24,000 nucleotides of DNA from an uncultured bacterium (GTDB taxonomy: Bacteria; Bacillota_I; Bacilli_A; Izemoplasmatales; Izemoplasmataceae): the NCBI GenBank assembly GCA_965601585.1, contig CBFCWH010000006.1, positions 109,418-133,417 of the forward strand. Direction: 5' to 3'. A model generated the notes under the pieces. The model searched no databases. It was not told the DNA's origin and saw nothing but the letters and a program-made list of their open reading frames with translations. Of the stretch, positions 15,978 to 23,993 are shown piece after piece. Made by a program: the position numbers and the translations under genes. Position 1 is the stretch's first letter, and the number at the start of each line of letters is the position of its first letter.

Positions 15978-16691
15978 ATGAAAAAATTCAGAATTAATTC
16001 ATTCATGGCAGGATTCCTTTATTTACTTGGAACAGTTTTTGGAATAACAAGTGCAGCAGTTGGTGGCAAGGTAATATCATCACTCGTTCAAACGAGCCCG
16101 CTCGAAGGAGCTTCAATATTACAACAAGTAGCGAATGGGGGAAATGAGTTGCTACTAGGGTCGTTTTTTGTATTATTAATGGGTATCTCTTTAGTAGCAA
16201 TGACAGTGTTTCTGTATCCAGTCTTTAAGAAGGATAGTGAGGAACTAGCCTTAGGGATGTTACTTTTCAGAGGAGCTTTAGAAGGTACATGGTATTTTAT
16301 TACAACAATAGGATTCATTGGTTTATTTGTATTGGGCGTTGAATATTCTGGTACTGTAGGAAGTGTAGGAGCAATAGACTCAATAGGAAACTCGTTATAT
16401 CACTTTCTCGATCTTCTTGGATCAGTAGGAACTATTTTGTTTATTACAGGTACAACCTGTATATATATATCTTTCTATAGAACTAAGTTAATCCCGAAAT
16501 GGTTATCTATATGGGGACTTATTGGAGTAGTTCCATATTTACTATATGCAATACTTCATTTCTTTGAACTTGATAATGGAATAGGATTCTACTTACAAAT
16601 GCCCCTAGCATTACAAGAGATGGTTATGGCATTGTGGCTTATGATTAAAGGATTTAATAGTCTCGCTTTAAATAAATTATTAGGAAAGTAA
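15978..16691 (+). CDS. Polytopic membrane protein, 237 aa (possibly DUF4386-like)
   Basis: SD AGGAGAA precedes the ATG. There are multiple hydrophobic segments, and the N-terminal SFMAGFLYLLGTVFGI is reminiscent of DUF4386 proteins. A strong terminator follows. Confidence 0.75.
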   Translation: MKKFRINSFMAGFLYLLGTVFGITSAAVGGKVISSLVQTSPLEGASILQQVANGGNELLLGSFFVLLMGISLVAMTVFLYPVFKKDSEELALGMLLFRGALEGTWYFITTIGFIGLFVLGVEYSGTVGSVGAIDSIGNSLYHFLDLLGSVGTILFITGTTCIYISFYRTKLIPKWLSIWGLIGVVPYLLYAILHFFELDNGIGFYLQMPLALQEMVMALWLMIKGFNSLALNKLLGK

Positions 16692-16708
16692 CATTTAATA
16701 TTCCTATC

Positions 16709-16742
16709 AAACACATTTCACTTGTTGATATGTGTTTTTTTT
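16709..16742 (+). terminator. Rho-independent terminator of the membrane-protein gene
   Basis: AAACACAT (16709-16716) / ATGTGTTT (16730-16737) with inner TCA/TGA pairs, followed by a run of 8 T. Confidence 0.8.
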
Positions 16743-16940
16743 ATGGATTGATCTTAATCCTACTACATAGCTTACTTTCAATATTGCACATGTATATTAC
16801 TAGTTGCAACTACTAGTTGCTTGAATGTTATCGGGTAATCTAATAGGATATTAGTATAGATTGCGAGCGGATAGTAGTAGAATTTTTACTTATTTGCTGT
16901 AATCAATAAATAACCCTCTTTTTATTGATGTAATCAAAGT

Positions 16941-16973
16941 AAAAACCTAATTCATTTTTGAATTAGGTTTTTT
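16941..16973. terminator. Orphan bidirectional intrinsic terminator with no ORF upstream
   Basis: AAAAACCTAATTC (16941-16953) / GAATTAGGTTTTT (16960-16972). An A-run lies upstream and a T-run downstream, so it could work on either strand. Confidence 0.6.
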
Positions 16974-17030
16974 ACATTCTTGCTGAGCCTTAGTGATGAG
17001 TAATACTTATAATAAGTTTGATAAAAAGTA

Positions 17031-17059
17031 TTGACAGTGAAAAAATTAGGTGATATACT
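17031..17059 (+). promoter_or_regulatory. Sigma-A type promoter (TTGACA-17-TGaTATACT) of the YtrA-ABC operon
   Basis: TTGACA at 17031-17036, a 17-nt spacer, TG at 17051-17052, TATACT at 17054-17059. The track ORF start at 17031 falls inside the -35 box. Confidence 0.7.
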
Positions 17060-17111
17060 ACGTTACATAAGTAGTGTAGTGGTTCACATTTTACAGAAAG
17101 AGGTGGTATTT

Positions 17112-17480
17112 GTGATTATATCTACAGATAGTACAACTCCAATATACATGCAAATTGCCAATGGAATTGAAACTGATATCCTAAATGGCTTACTACAGGA
17201 AGGTGAGAGTGCGTACTCTCAATATCAAATATCAAAGCAGTATTCAATAAACCCAGCAACTGCTGCAAAGGGAATCAATGTTTTGGTAAATGAGGGGATT
17301 TTATTTAAGAAGAGAGGGTTAGGAATGTTTGTGTCTGAAGGAGCAGTAGAATTGATTATGAGTAAAAGAAAACAAGTATTTTTATCGACAACTATTGAGA
17401 ATTTTATGCAGGAAGCAGGGAAACTTGGGATTAACAAGTCGGAACTGAAAAAGATGATAGATGACTATAAGGAGGACTAA
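17112..17480 (+). CDS. GntR-family transcriptional regulator, YtrA subfamily, 122 aa
   Basis: GTG 17112 follows SD AAAGAGGTGG. PIYMQIANGIETDILNGLLQEGESAYSQYQISKQYSINPATAAKGINVLVNEGILFKKRGLGMFV is the canonical YtrA-type wHTH, followed by a short helical C-terminus. Confidence 0.85.
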   Translation: MIISTDSTTPIYMQIANGIETDILNGLLQEGESAYSQYQISKQYSINPATAAKGINVLVNEGILFKKRGLGMFVSEGAVELIMSKRKQVFLSTTIENFMQEAGKLGINKSELKKMIDDYKED

Positions 17481-17482
17481 TA

Positions 17483-18367
17483 ATGGATATAATTAGTGCA
17501 AAAGCATTACGTAAAACATATAAAGATGTTGTTGCCTTGGATAATTTAGATGTTGATATTCAAGAAAACAAAATTATAGGTTTAATTGGTAAAAATGGTG
17601 CTGGTAAAAGCACACTTCTCAAAATAATTGCTGGTAGAATTCGTCAATCCTCAGGAGAACTACACGTTTTAGATAATGACGTATTTGACAATCTTGAAGT
17701 ATTGTCTAAAATGATTTTTGTAGATGAGGAGTCCTCATATAATACTACATACAAGGTACAAGATATTTTAGATTTAGCAAAGACATACTATACGTCTTGG
17801 GATGATGTATTAGCGAATAAGTTAATCGATCACTTTAACCTAAAAAAGGATAAGAAGTTTAGAAAACTCTCAAGAGGAATGAGAACACAGGTGAATGTAA
17901 TTGTTGGAATCTGTAGTAGAATGCCAATTACTATATTGGATGAACCTACTTTAGGATTAGACCCTGCATTTAGACAAGATTTTTATCATATTCTTCTAAA
18001 TGACTTTATGAAGCATCCAAGAACTATTATAATATCAAGTCATTTGCTGAATGAAATTGAGATGTTACTAGAAGAGATCATACTGATAGATAAGGGAACT
18101 CTAGTTATGCAAACATCAATGGAAGAGTTCAGTAACTATTCAGTATTCCTAAGTGGTAGAACCGATTTCCTAAGTGATTTCACTAAAAATAAAGAGGTTC
18201 TAAGTACTAGTGATTTTGTTAGAACGTCTGAATATATTATCAAAAACAATCTCAATGAGGAAGAGTTGTCTTTACTGAAACGAAACGAAGTTCAAGTAAA
18301 GAGTGTCTCACCACAAGATTTATTCATTTATCTAACTAATAAAGGGGTGAAGTTTGATGAATTCTAG
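17483..18367 (+). CDS. ABC transporter ATP-binding protein, 294 aa
   Basis: Walker A GKNGAGKST, signature variant LSRGMRTQ, Walker B ILDEPTLGLD, H-loop SSHLL. SD AAGGAGG precedes the ATG. Confidence 0.9.
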   Translation: MDIISAKALRKTYKDVVALDNLDVDIQENKIIGLIGKNGAGKSTLLKIIAGRIRQSSGELHVLDNDVFDNLEVLSKMIFVDEESSYNTTYKVQDILDLAKTYYTSWDDVLANKLIDHFNLKKDKKFRKLSRGMRTQVNVIVGICSRMPITILDEPTLGLDPAFRQDFYHILLNDFMKHPRTIIISSHLLNEIEMLLEEIILIDKGTLVMQTSMEEFSNYSVFLSGRTDFLSDFTKNKEVLSTSDFVRTSEYIIKNNLNEEELSLLKRNEVQVKSVSPQDLFIYLTNKGVKFDEF

Positions 18368-19079
18368 TAATGTAATATTAAATGCATTTAAAGGACTATT
18401 CCTAAATCTGTATTTTGATCTTAGAAAAACTATTAAGATGAGTACGATTGTTGTCGTATCCATCGCACTATTCGATTTTGTGATGGTAGCAATGTTTCTT
18501 GGTTTAGACGAGGATATGTCAAATGATGCCTCAGGTGTTCTCGTATTCGGTACAGTAGCTATGACGGTTGCGTTTTGTGTTTACACCATTTTATCGACAT
18601 CAAAAGAGAAACTTCGTGAGAAATTCTCTTTCCCGATAAACAGAAAAATATTTGCCCTATCGAACTTTGTGTTTTACATGATTGGTTCATTGATTTTGCT
18701 AGCGATACTAACGATACTAGCACCAATGGAAGTATTAGGATATAAGCTCCTAGAGATGTTTTCCGACAAGTTCATGTATATAAGTCTTGTTACGCTTGAA
18801 TCCTATTTCGTTGGAATTATGTCTGCTTGGGCAGTAATGTTAATGTTAGGATCATTAACATACTGTATCACAATATATATAAGAAGATACATACAGTATG
18901 CACTTCCTATAATTACAGTTTTATTTGCGAGTATGTTTCTGTTTGGATGGGTTTCAAATATTTTAGAGTTCCTATTTCAAGAGCGTAACCTATTTTTAAT
19001 GGTACTGAAACTTGTTGGATTTTCCATATTATTTCACTTTCTTGGATATATAGCTTTAACTCAAACGGAGGTTGATTAA
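18357..19079 (+). CDS. ABC-transporter-associated polytopic membrane protein (putative permease), 240 aa
   Basis: It overlaps the end of the ATPase gene. ATG 18357 follows GGGGTGA. There are about six hydrophobic segments. Confidence 0.75.
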   Translation: MNSSNVILNAFKGLFLNLYFDLRKTIKMSTIVVVSIALFDFVMVAMFLGLDEDMSNDASGVLVFGTVAMTVAFCVYTILSTSKEKLREKFSFPINRKIFALSNFVFYMIGSLILLAILTILAPMEVLGYKLLEMFSDKFMYISLVTLESYFVGIMSAWAVMLMLGSLTYCITIYIRRYIQYALPIITVLFASMFLFGWVSNILEFLFQERNLFLMVLKLVGFSILFHFLGYIALTQTEVD

Positions 19080-19080
19080 C

Positions 19081-19563
19081 ATGATTAAAAAGGCAATTAT
19101 ATTTTCACTTATATATGTTGTTGCATTAGTTGCTCTTATAGCATATAATGATGATGTTGAAATCGCTTACATCAATAGTAAGACACTAACAAATACACTA
19201 ACTATAGATCCGACAAATGAGTTGAGTATTGTAACACAATATTATTCGAACTCTCAGTTCAATATGTCCGAGGAGGAGTTAGTACAGTATGCAGCTAGTA
19301 AGATAAGAATCGTCGAGTCAGAAACACTTACAAACACTGTTGAAATTTATGCAATTGACGTTCACAATAAAACAACAGAAAATACTGTAATTGAGCTAAT
19401 AGATAATGAACTTACAGTGCTAAGTGATTTAGGCCCATTGTCAATGTATAAAAGTTCAACGTTTCTTACATACGGGCAGTTTGATGCAAACTATTTCATC
19501 AGGGTTCCTGGGAGAGTCTACGAACTCCATATTCCTAAGGATATGCAATATAGTTTTAATTAA
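19081..19563 (+). CDS. N-terminally membrane-anchored protein of unknown function, 160 aa
   Basis: ATG 19081 lies 9 nt after GGAGG (19067-19071). MIKKAIIFSLIYVVALVALIAY is a single TM anchor. An internal motif recurs: SKTLTNTLTI / SETLTNTVEI. Confidence 0.7.
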   Translation: MIKKAIIFSLIYVVALVALIAYNDDVEIAYINSKTLTNTLTIDPTNELSIVTQYYSNSQFNMSEEELVQYAASKIRIVESETLTNTVEIYAIDVHNKTTENTVIELIDNELTVLSDLGPLSMYKSSTFLTYGQFDANYFIRVPGRVYELHIPKDMQYSFN

Positions 19564-19599
19564 GTATTGATCTCTATTCTATGAAAGAAGGATAATGTA

Positions 19600-20124
19600 A
19601 TGTATTGTTCAAAATGTGCGAATGAACTGACGTTAAAAGAAGTTAGAAATGAAGGCAACATCCCTTATTGTAAAAAGTGTAACGAACTGTACTTTCCAAA
19701 AGTTTATCTTGCAATGATTACAATACTAATTAATAATCTAAATCAAATTTGTCTTGTTGAGCAATCCAGCTCATCAAAATACAAAGTATTACTAGCTGGG
19801 TATATCAAACCTAAAGAACGTCTTGAGGAATGTGTAAAACGTGAAGTAAAAGAAGAGGTAGGGATTAATGTTTCAAGAGTGGAATATCTAAACAGTCATT
19901 ATTATGATCAAAAAGATGTCCTTATGTATGGGTTTGCCTCTTACACTAACGAGTATGATTTTGAGATCGATTTAGACGAGATATATAAGGCTACATGGTA
20001 TGATCAATCTGAGTGTCTACAATACATTCGAGAAGGATCTATCGCGTATAAACTAGTAAAGCAATACATAGAAAGTAATATGGAGGGTAACAATGAAAAA
20101 GTTAGTTCAAAAATATCGCAATAA
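19600..20124 (+). CDS. Nudix hydrolase with N-terminal C4 zinc ribbon (NudC-like architecture), 174 aa
   Basis: CSKC-x18-CKKC zinc ribbon. The Nudix box GYIKPKERLEECVKREVKEEVGI fits Gx5Ex7REUxEExGU exactly. I do not see the SQPWPFPxS NADH-pyrophosphatase signature. Confidence 0.85.
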   Translation: MYCSKCANELTLKEVRNEGNIPYCKKCNELYFPKVYLAMITILINNLNQICLVEQSSSSKYKVLLAGYIKPKERLEECVKREVKEEVGINVSRVEYLNSHYYDQKDVLMYGFASYTNEYDFEIDLDEIYKATWYDQSECLQYIREGSIAYKLVKQYIESNMEGNNEKVSSKISQ

Positions 20125-20494
20125 GGACTTATTCAGTTTAAATTGCGCTGAAGCAATACTATATGCTGCGAATGAGCATTATAATCTAGACCTATCAGAA
20201 AAAGCCTTAAAACTTGTATCAGGTTTTGGTGGAGGTGTCAAAGAGGGACATCTTTGCGGAATCATAAGTGGTTCTGTAGCCGTGTTAAGTATCTTATTCA
20301 AAGGAAAAGAACTGAATGAAGAAGATTTACTAACAATTACAGTTAATGAGTTCAATGCGAAGTTCAAGCAAAAATATAATAAACTAGATTGTGATTACTT
20401 AATCGAACATTATAAGGAAGAGGAACTAGGTTGTAACAATATTATATTTACATCTAGTGAAATTCTTCAAGATGTTATAGATAAATATATGTAA
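20093..20494 (+). CDS. C_GCAxxG_C_C family (putative redox-active) protein, 133 aa
   Basis: LNCAEAILYA, GFGGGV and GHLCGIISGS match the family's C-GCAxxG...CG pattern. It overlaps the Nudix gene by 32 nt. SD GGAGGG precedes ATG 20093. Confidence 0.75.
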   Translation: MKKLVQKYRNKDLFSLNCAEAILYAANEHYNLDLSEKALKLVSGFGGGVKEGHLCGIISGSVAVLSILFKGKELNEEDLLTITVNEFNAKFKQKYNKLDCDYLIEHYKEEELGCNNIIFTSSEILQDVIDKYM

Positions 20495-20515
20495 AGATTT
20501 ATAGCGTTATACTAC

Positions 20516-20559
20516 AAAAAAAGACGATATCAAATTAAATTTGAATCGTCTTTTCTTTT
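20516..20559. terminator. Bidirectional terminator between convergent transcription units
   Basis: AAGACGAT-A-TCAAAT (20521-20535) / ATTTGA-ATCGTCTT (20539-20552). It is flanked by an A7 run upstream and TTTTCTTTT downstream. Confidence 0.8.
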
Positions 20560-20562
20560 CAT

Positions 20563-21390
20563 TTAAAATTTTAAGCTTATGTCTAAAGATGTATAACTAT
20601 GCGTTAATGCACCAACACTAATATAATCTACACCTGTTTTTGATACTTCGTTAATACGAGCCACAGTCATATTACCACTTGCCTCTAATATGGATTGCCT
20701 GTTATTTAATACAACACATTCTCTCATTAAATCTGTAGTCATATTATCCAACATTATAATATCTGCTTTATAATGCAATGCCTCTTTAAACTGTTCCATC
20801 GTTTCTACTTCAATTTCAACTTTAGTTGTAAGACCGACTTTTGTTTTAATTAATTGAAGTGCTTCTTTAATTCCGCCACAAGCCTTTATGTGATTGTCCT
20901 TAATCATAACACTATCACTTAAATTAAATCGATGGTTAAACGCACCACCGTGAACAACAGCCATTTTTTCAAATGAACGAAGTAGAGGCGTTGTTTTTCT
21001 TGTATCTACAATTCTAGTGTTTGTCCCTTTTGTTTCAGAAACAAAAAGTTTTGTTAAAGAGGCAACACCACTCATTCTTTGAAGGAAATTAAGAGCAACT
21101 CTTTCTCCTTTTAAGATATTTCTTGTAGAACCAAAAATATCAGCTAATAGTTCCTTATTTTTAACTGAATCCCCATCTTTTACATGAAACGTTATTTCGA
21201 TTGACGGATCTAAAATATTAAAGACTTCCTTGAAGACTTCTATACCACTTAAAACTCCATCTTCCTTACATATAAGTTTACATTGACTAGTACTTTTTGA
21301 ATCAATTAGATTATCACTAGTAATATCAATATAATTAATATCCTCTTCAAGAGCTTTTTTTAGCGCGTCTATATTACTTAAACTTAACAT
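20563..21390 (-). CDS. nadC: Nicotinate-nucleotide pyrophosphorylase (quinolinate phosphoribosyltransferase)
   Basis: Typical NadC sequence: LKGERVALNFLQRMSGVA, TRKTTP, HRFNLSD, MLDNM. The start is moved to the ATG at 21390 because GGAGGAG lies 6 nt upstream. The track start at 21426 would overlap nadB. Confidence 0.9.
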   Translation of the reverse strand: MLSLSNIDALKKALEEDINYIDITSDNLIDSKSTSQCKLICKEDGVLSGIEVFKEVFNILDPSIEITFHVKDGDSVKNKELLADIFGSTRNILKGERVALNFLQRMSGVASLTKLFVSETKGTNTRIVDTRKTTPLLRSFEKMAVVHGGAFNHRFNLSDSVMIKDNHIKACGGIKEALQLIKTKVGLTTKVEIEVETMEQFKEALHYKADIIMLDNMTTDLMRECVVLNNRQSILEASGNMTVARINEVSKTGVDYISVGALTHSYTSLDISLKF

Positions 21391-21404
21391 ATTGTTCTCC
21401 TCCA

Positions 21405-22904
21405 TTAGTTGATGCGGTAATGACATCCAACACTTTCTTTCCGTGCTAAAGCGCTGTCTATAATATTGAGCGCAACGGTACTAATATTTAATGCTTTATA
21501 GTAGTTTTTACTATTTACTCTATGTTTCAATAAATTCTGATAATGTTTTTCTACGATATTTTTGGCTAGAAGAAGACCTTCTTCAGAACGAACAATTCCA
21601 ACATACTTACTTAATACGTCCCGAATTTCCTGACGAGTTAATTGATAAGAGTAATGTTTGGAAGGACTTGTGTTCTCAACGGTTAGAGTTTCTTTTGATA
21701 GTTTTGAACCGTTGATGTCCTGAGCGATTTTTCTTCCAAAAACAATACATTCCAATAATGAATTTGAAGCCAAACGATTCGCTCCATGTACACCACTAGA
21801 AGAGCATTCGCCACTTGCATATAGATCTTTCATACTTGTTTGACCGTTAAGATCAATCGTGATACCACCGATGCAATAATGTTCGACTGGAGATACAGGA
21901 ATATAGTCCTTATCAACATTGATATTCAATTCTGAAATGTGGTTATATATTGTAGGGAATCGATGTTTCATATATTCACTACCTAAATGGGTCACATCTA
22001 AGTAGACACAGTCACTCCAAGTATCATACATCTCTTTATAAATTGATTGACTAACGATATCTCTTGGAGCAAGTTCTTTTAGTTTATGATATTTCTCCAT
22101 AAAACGGACCCCATCAACATTTCGAAGAATTGCGCCTTCACCTCTTACCGCTTCACTAATCAAGAAACGTTGTCTGTTTGTGTTTTTTGGATTGTGAAGT
22201 GCTGTTGGATGAAACTGTATAAACTCCATATTGCTTACGTGAACACCTTTTCGTAATGCCATGGCAATTCCGTCACCTGTAGCTTCTAATGCGTTAGTAG
22301 AAGCACTAAATACCGATCCTACACCACCTGTCGCTATGATTGTCTTACTACTATGAATATTATAGAAATTATTTTTTTTATCAATTGCAGTAACTCCATA
22401 GGCCTTATTATCTTTTTCTATAATATCTATCGCCATAAAATCACCCAAAATAGTGATATTATCTCTTGAAGTTACTTGTGCTTGTAATTTCATCATAAGC
22501 TCCTTACCAGTAGCGTCTCCACCAGAACGTAAAATACGTCTATGACGGTGTCCACCTTCTCTAGCAAGAAGAATATTTCCCTTATCATCTCTATCAAATG
22601 ACACCCCTAAGTCTATAAGGGTATCAATGTTTTCTTTAGCTTCAAAAACAAGTGTCTCTAAAGCATCTTTTTTACTTAAATAAGCCCCTGCGATTATAGA
22701 ATCCTCAATATGACTTAATAAATCATCTTCTTTTTGATCCATAACTGCAGCAATACCACCTTGTGCTAATCGAGAGGACACATCTTTAAAATCATCTTTT
22801 GAAATAATAATAATTGATTTATCCAAATTGATATTAAGTGCTGTGTATAATCCAGCTAATCCACCGCCTACAATAACAACATCTGCTTTGTATGATTGTG
22901 TCAT
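21405..22904 (-). CDS. nadB: L-aspartate oxidase
   Basis: FAD fingerprint DVVIVGGGLAGL, then AQGGIAA, HPT, RGEGA, GECSSSGVHGANRLASNSLLE. It sits between nadA and nadC. Confidence 0.92.
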   Translation of the reverse strand: MTQSYKADVVIVGGGLAGLYTALNINLDKSIIIISKDDFKDVSSRLAQGGIAAVMDQKEDDLLSHIEDSIIAGAYLSKKDALETLVFEAKENIDTLIDLGVSFDRDDKGNILLAREGGHRHRRILRSGGDATGKELMMKLQAQVTSRDNITILGDFMAIDIIEKDNKAYGVTAIDKKNNFYNIHSSKTIIATGGVGSVFSASTNALEATGDGIAMALRKGVHVSNMEFIQFHPTALHNPKNTNRQRFLISEAVRGEGAILRNVDGVRFMEKYHKLKELAPRDIVSQSIYKEMYDTWSDCVYLDVTHLGSEYMKHRFPTIYNHISELNINVDKDYIPVSPVEHYCIGGITIDLNGQTSMKDLYASGECSSSGVHGANRLASNSLLECIVFGRKIAQDINGSKLSKETLTVENTSPSKHYSYQLTRQEIRDVLSKYVGIVRSEEGLLLAKNIVEKHYQNLLKHRVNSKNYYKALNISTVALNIIDSALARKESVGCHYRIN

Positions 22905-22907
22905 TGT

Positions 22908-23819
22908 TTACTTAGAAAGCTCCAACATGCGATCTAGAGCTTGCTTCGCTTTTTTTGATATTTCCTCGTCTACGATTACTTCATGTTGTTCGTATTTTAA
23001 GGCGTTATAGACATCTTCTAAATATGTTAGCTTCATATCAAAGCAACTTAGACCTTCATCTAATAAATGGAATATCTTATCTGGATTGTGTTTTTTCATT
23101 TGGTGGAGGATTCCATTCTCAGTTCCTACTAAAAACTCTTTATGACTACTTTTTGTAACATATTCAAGTAATCCTTTTGTTGAACCTACAAAATCAGCTG
23201 CATTAATTATGTCAAGCTGAGTTTCTGGATGAACGATTAATTCAGCATTTGGATAACGTTCTTTCATCTTGTCAACGATTTCAATTGTAACATTGTCATG
23301 GATGCAGCAAAATCCTGGCCATACTTCCATATTAAGACCAAATTTTGTTTTCATGTATGTTCCTAGGTTTTTATCTGGAACGTATAACATCTCTTTATCT
23401 TTAAAGTTCGAAATAATTTTCTCCGCGTTTGAAGAAGTAACACAAATATCTGACAAAGCTTTAACTTGAGCTGTACTGTTTACATAACAGACAACAAACT
23501 TTTCAGGGTGTTTTTCTTTATACAAAGAAAGTTTTGCAGCTGTCACCATATCAGCCATCGGACATCCTGCTTCTTTAACCGGAAGAAGTACTTTTTTATC
23601 AGGAGATAAGATTTTTGCGGTCTCTGCCATGAAATGCACTCCACAAAATACTATAATATCAGCATCTGTAGTTGCAGCAATTTGTGATAACGCCAAACTA
23701 TCACCACAATAATCCGCTACATCTTGAACAGGACCACGTTGATAATAATGTCCTAAAATAACAGCATTCTTTTCCTTTTTAAGTCTACTTATTTCTTTCA
23801 TCATTTGCTCATTTGTCAT
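22908..23819 (-). CDS. nadA: Quinolinate synthase
   Basis: Typical NadA sequence: ILGHYYQ, VHFMAETAKIL, CPMA, YVNS, VHPE. It is the first gene of the nadABC operon. Confidence 0.92.
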   Translation of the reverse strand: MTNEQMMKEISRLKKEKNAVILGHYYQRGPVQDVADYCGDSLALSQIAATTDADIIVFCGVHFMAETAKILSPDKKVLLPVKEAGCPMADMVTAAKLSLYKEKHPEKFVVCYVNSTAQVKALSDICVTSSNAEKIISNFKDKEMLYVPDKNLGTYMKTKFGLNMEVWPGFCCIHDNVTIEIVDKMKERYPNAELIVHPETQLDIINAADFVGSTKGLLEYVTKSSHKEFLVGTENGILHQMKKHNPDKIFHLLDEGLSCFDMKLTYLEDVYNALKYEQHEVIVDEEISKKAKQALDRMLELSK

Positions 23820-23888
23820 ACTATAACCTTCTATCTATAATTATCTTATATATATATTACTTATTACTACAATAGTATAGTATATTTT

Positions 23889-23917
23889 ATCATAATTAAC
23901 AAATACTTTGATATCAA
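23889..23917 (-). promoter_or_regulatory. Candidate sigma-A promoter of nadABC (TTGATA-17-TATGAT on the minus strand)
   Basis: The minus-strand -35 is plus-strand 23912-23917 (TATCAA). The -10 is plus-strand 23889-23894 (ATCATA). The spacer is 17 nt. Confidence 0.55.
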
Positions 23918-23993
23918 AAAAGCCTTAAATCGTACCTCGTTTTCTATTTATGATAAAATATAAATAAGAAGGTGTTGGATAGGAGGAAAGATT

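Noticed and set aside
14291-16318. Minus-strand ORFs 14291-14491, 14307-14513, 14842-15027, 16003-16200 and 16088-16318
   Set aside because: They are antisense shadows within the yhfW-like and membrane-protein genes.
15946-16842. GGGTAATCTA repeated upstream (15946-15955) and downstream (16833-16842) of the membrane-protein gene as flanking repeats of a mobile cassette
   Set aside because: Only 10 nt match exactly, which is well within chance expectation. The surrounding similarity is vague, and no recombinase gene or inverted repeats are present.
17225-17437. Minus-strand ORF 17225-17437 inside the GntR regulator gene, and 20179-20367 inside the C_GCAxxG gene
   Set aside because: They are antisense shadows with no translation-initiation signals.
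19600-20124. Nudix protein as an NrtR-type transcriptional regulator of the adjacent nadABC operon
   Set aside because: At 174 aa it has an N-terminal zinc ribbon and an intact catalytic Nudix box, with no C-terminal winged-helix domain. NrtR proteins are longer and carry that domain.
21491-23469. Plus-strand ORFs 21491-21715, 22828-23010, 22955-23158 and 23269-23469
   Set aside because: All are antisense to nadB or nadA, whose identity is unambiguous.
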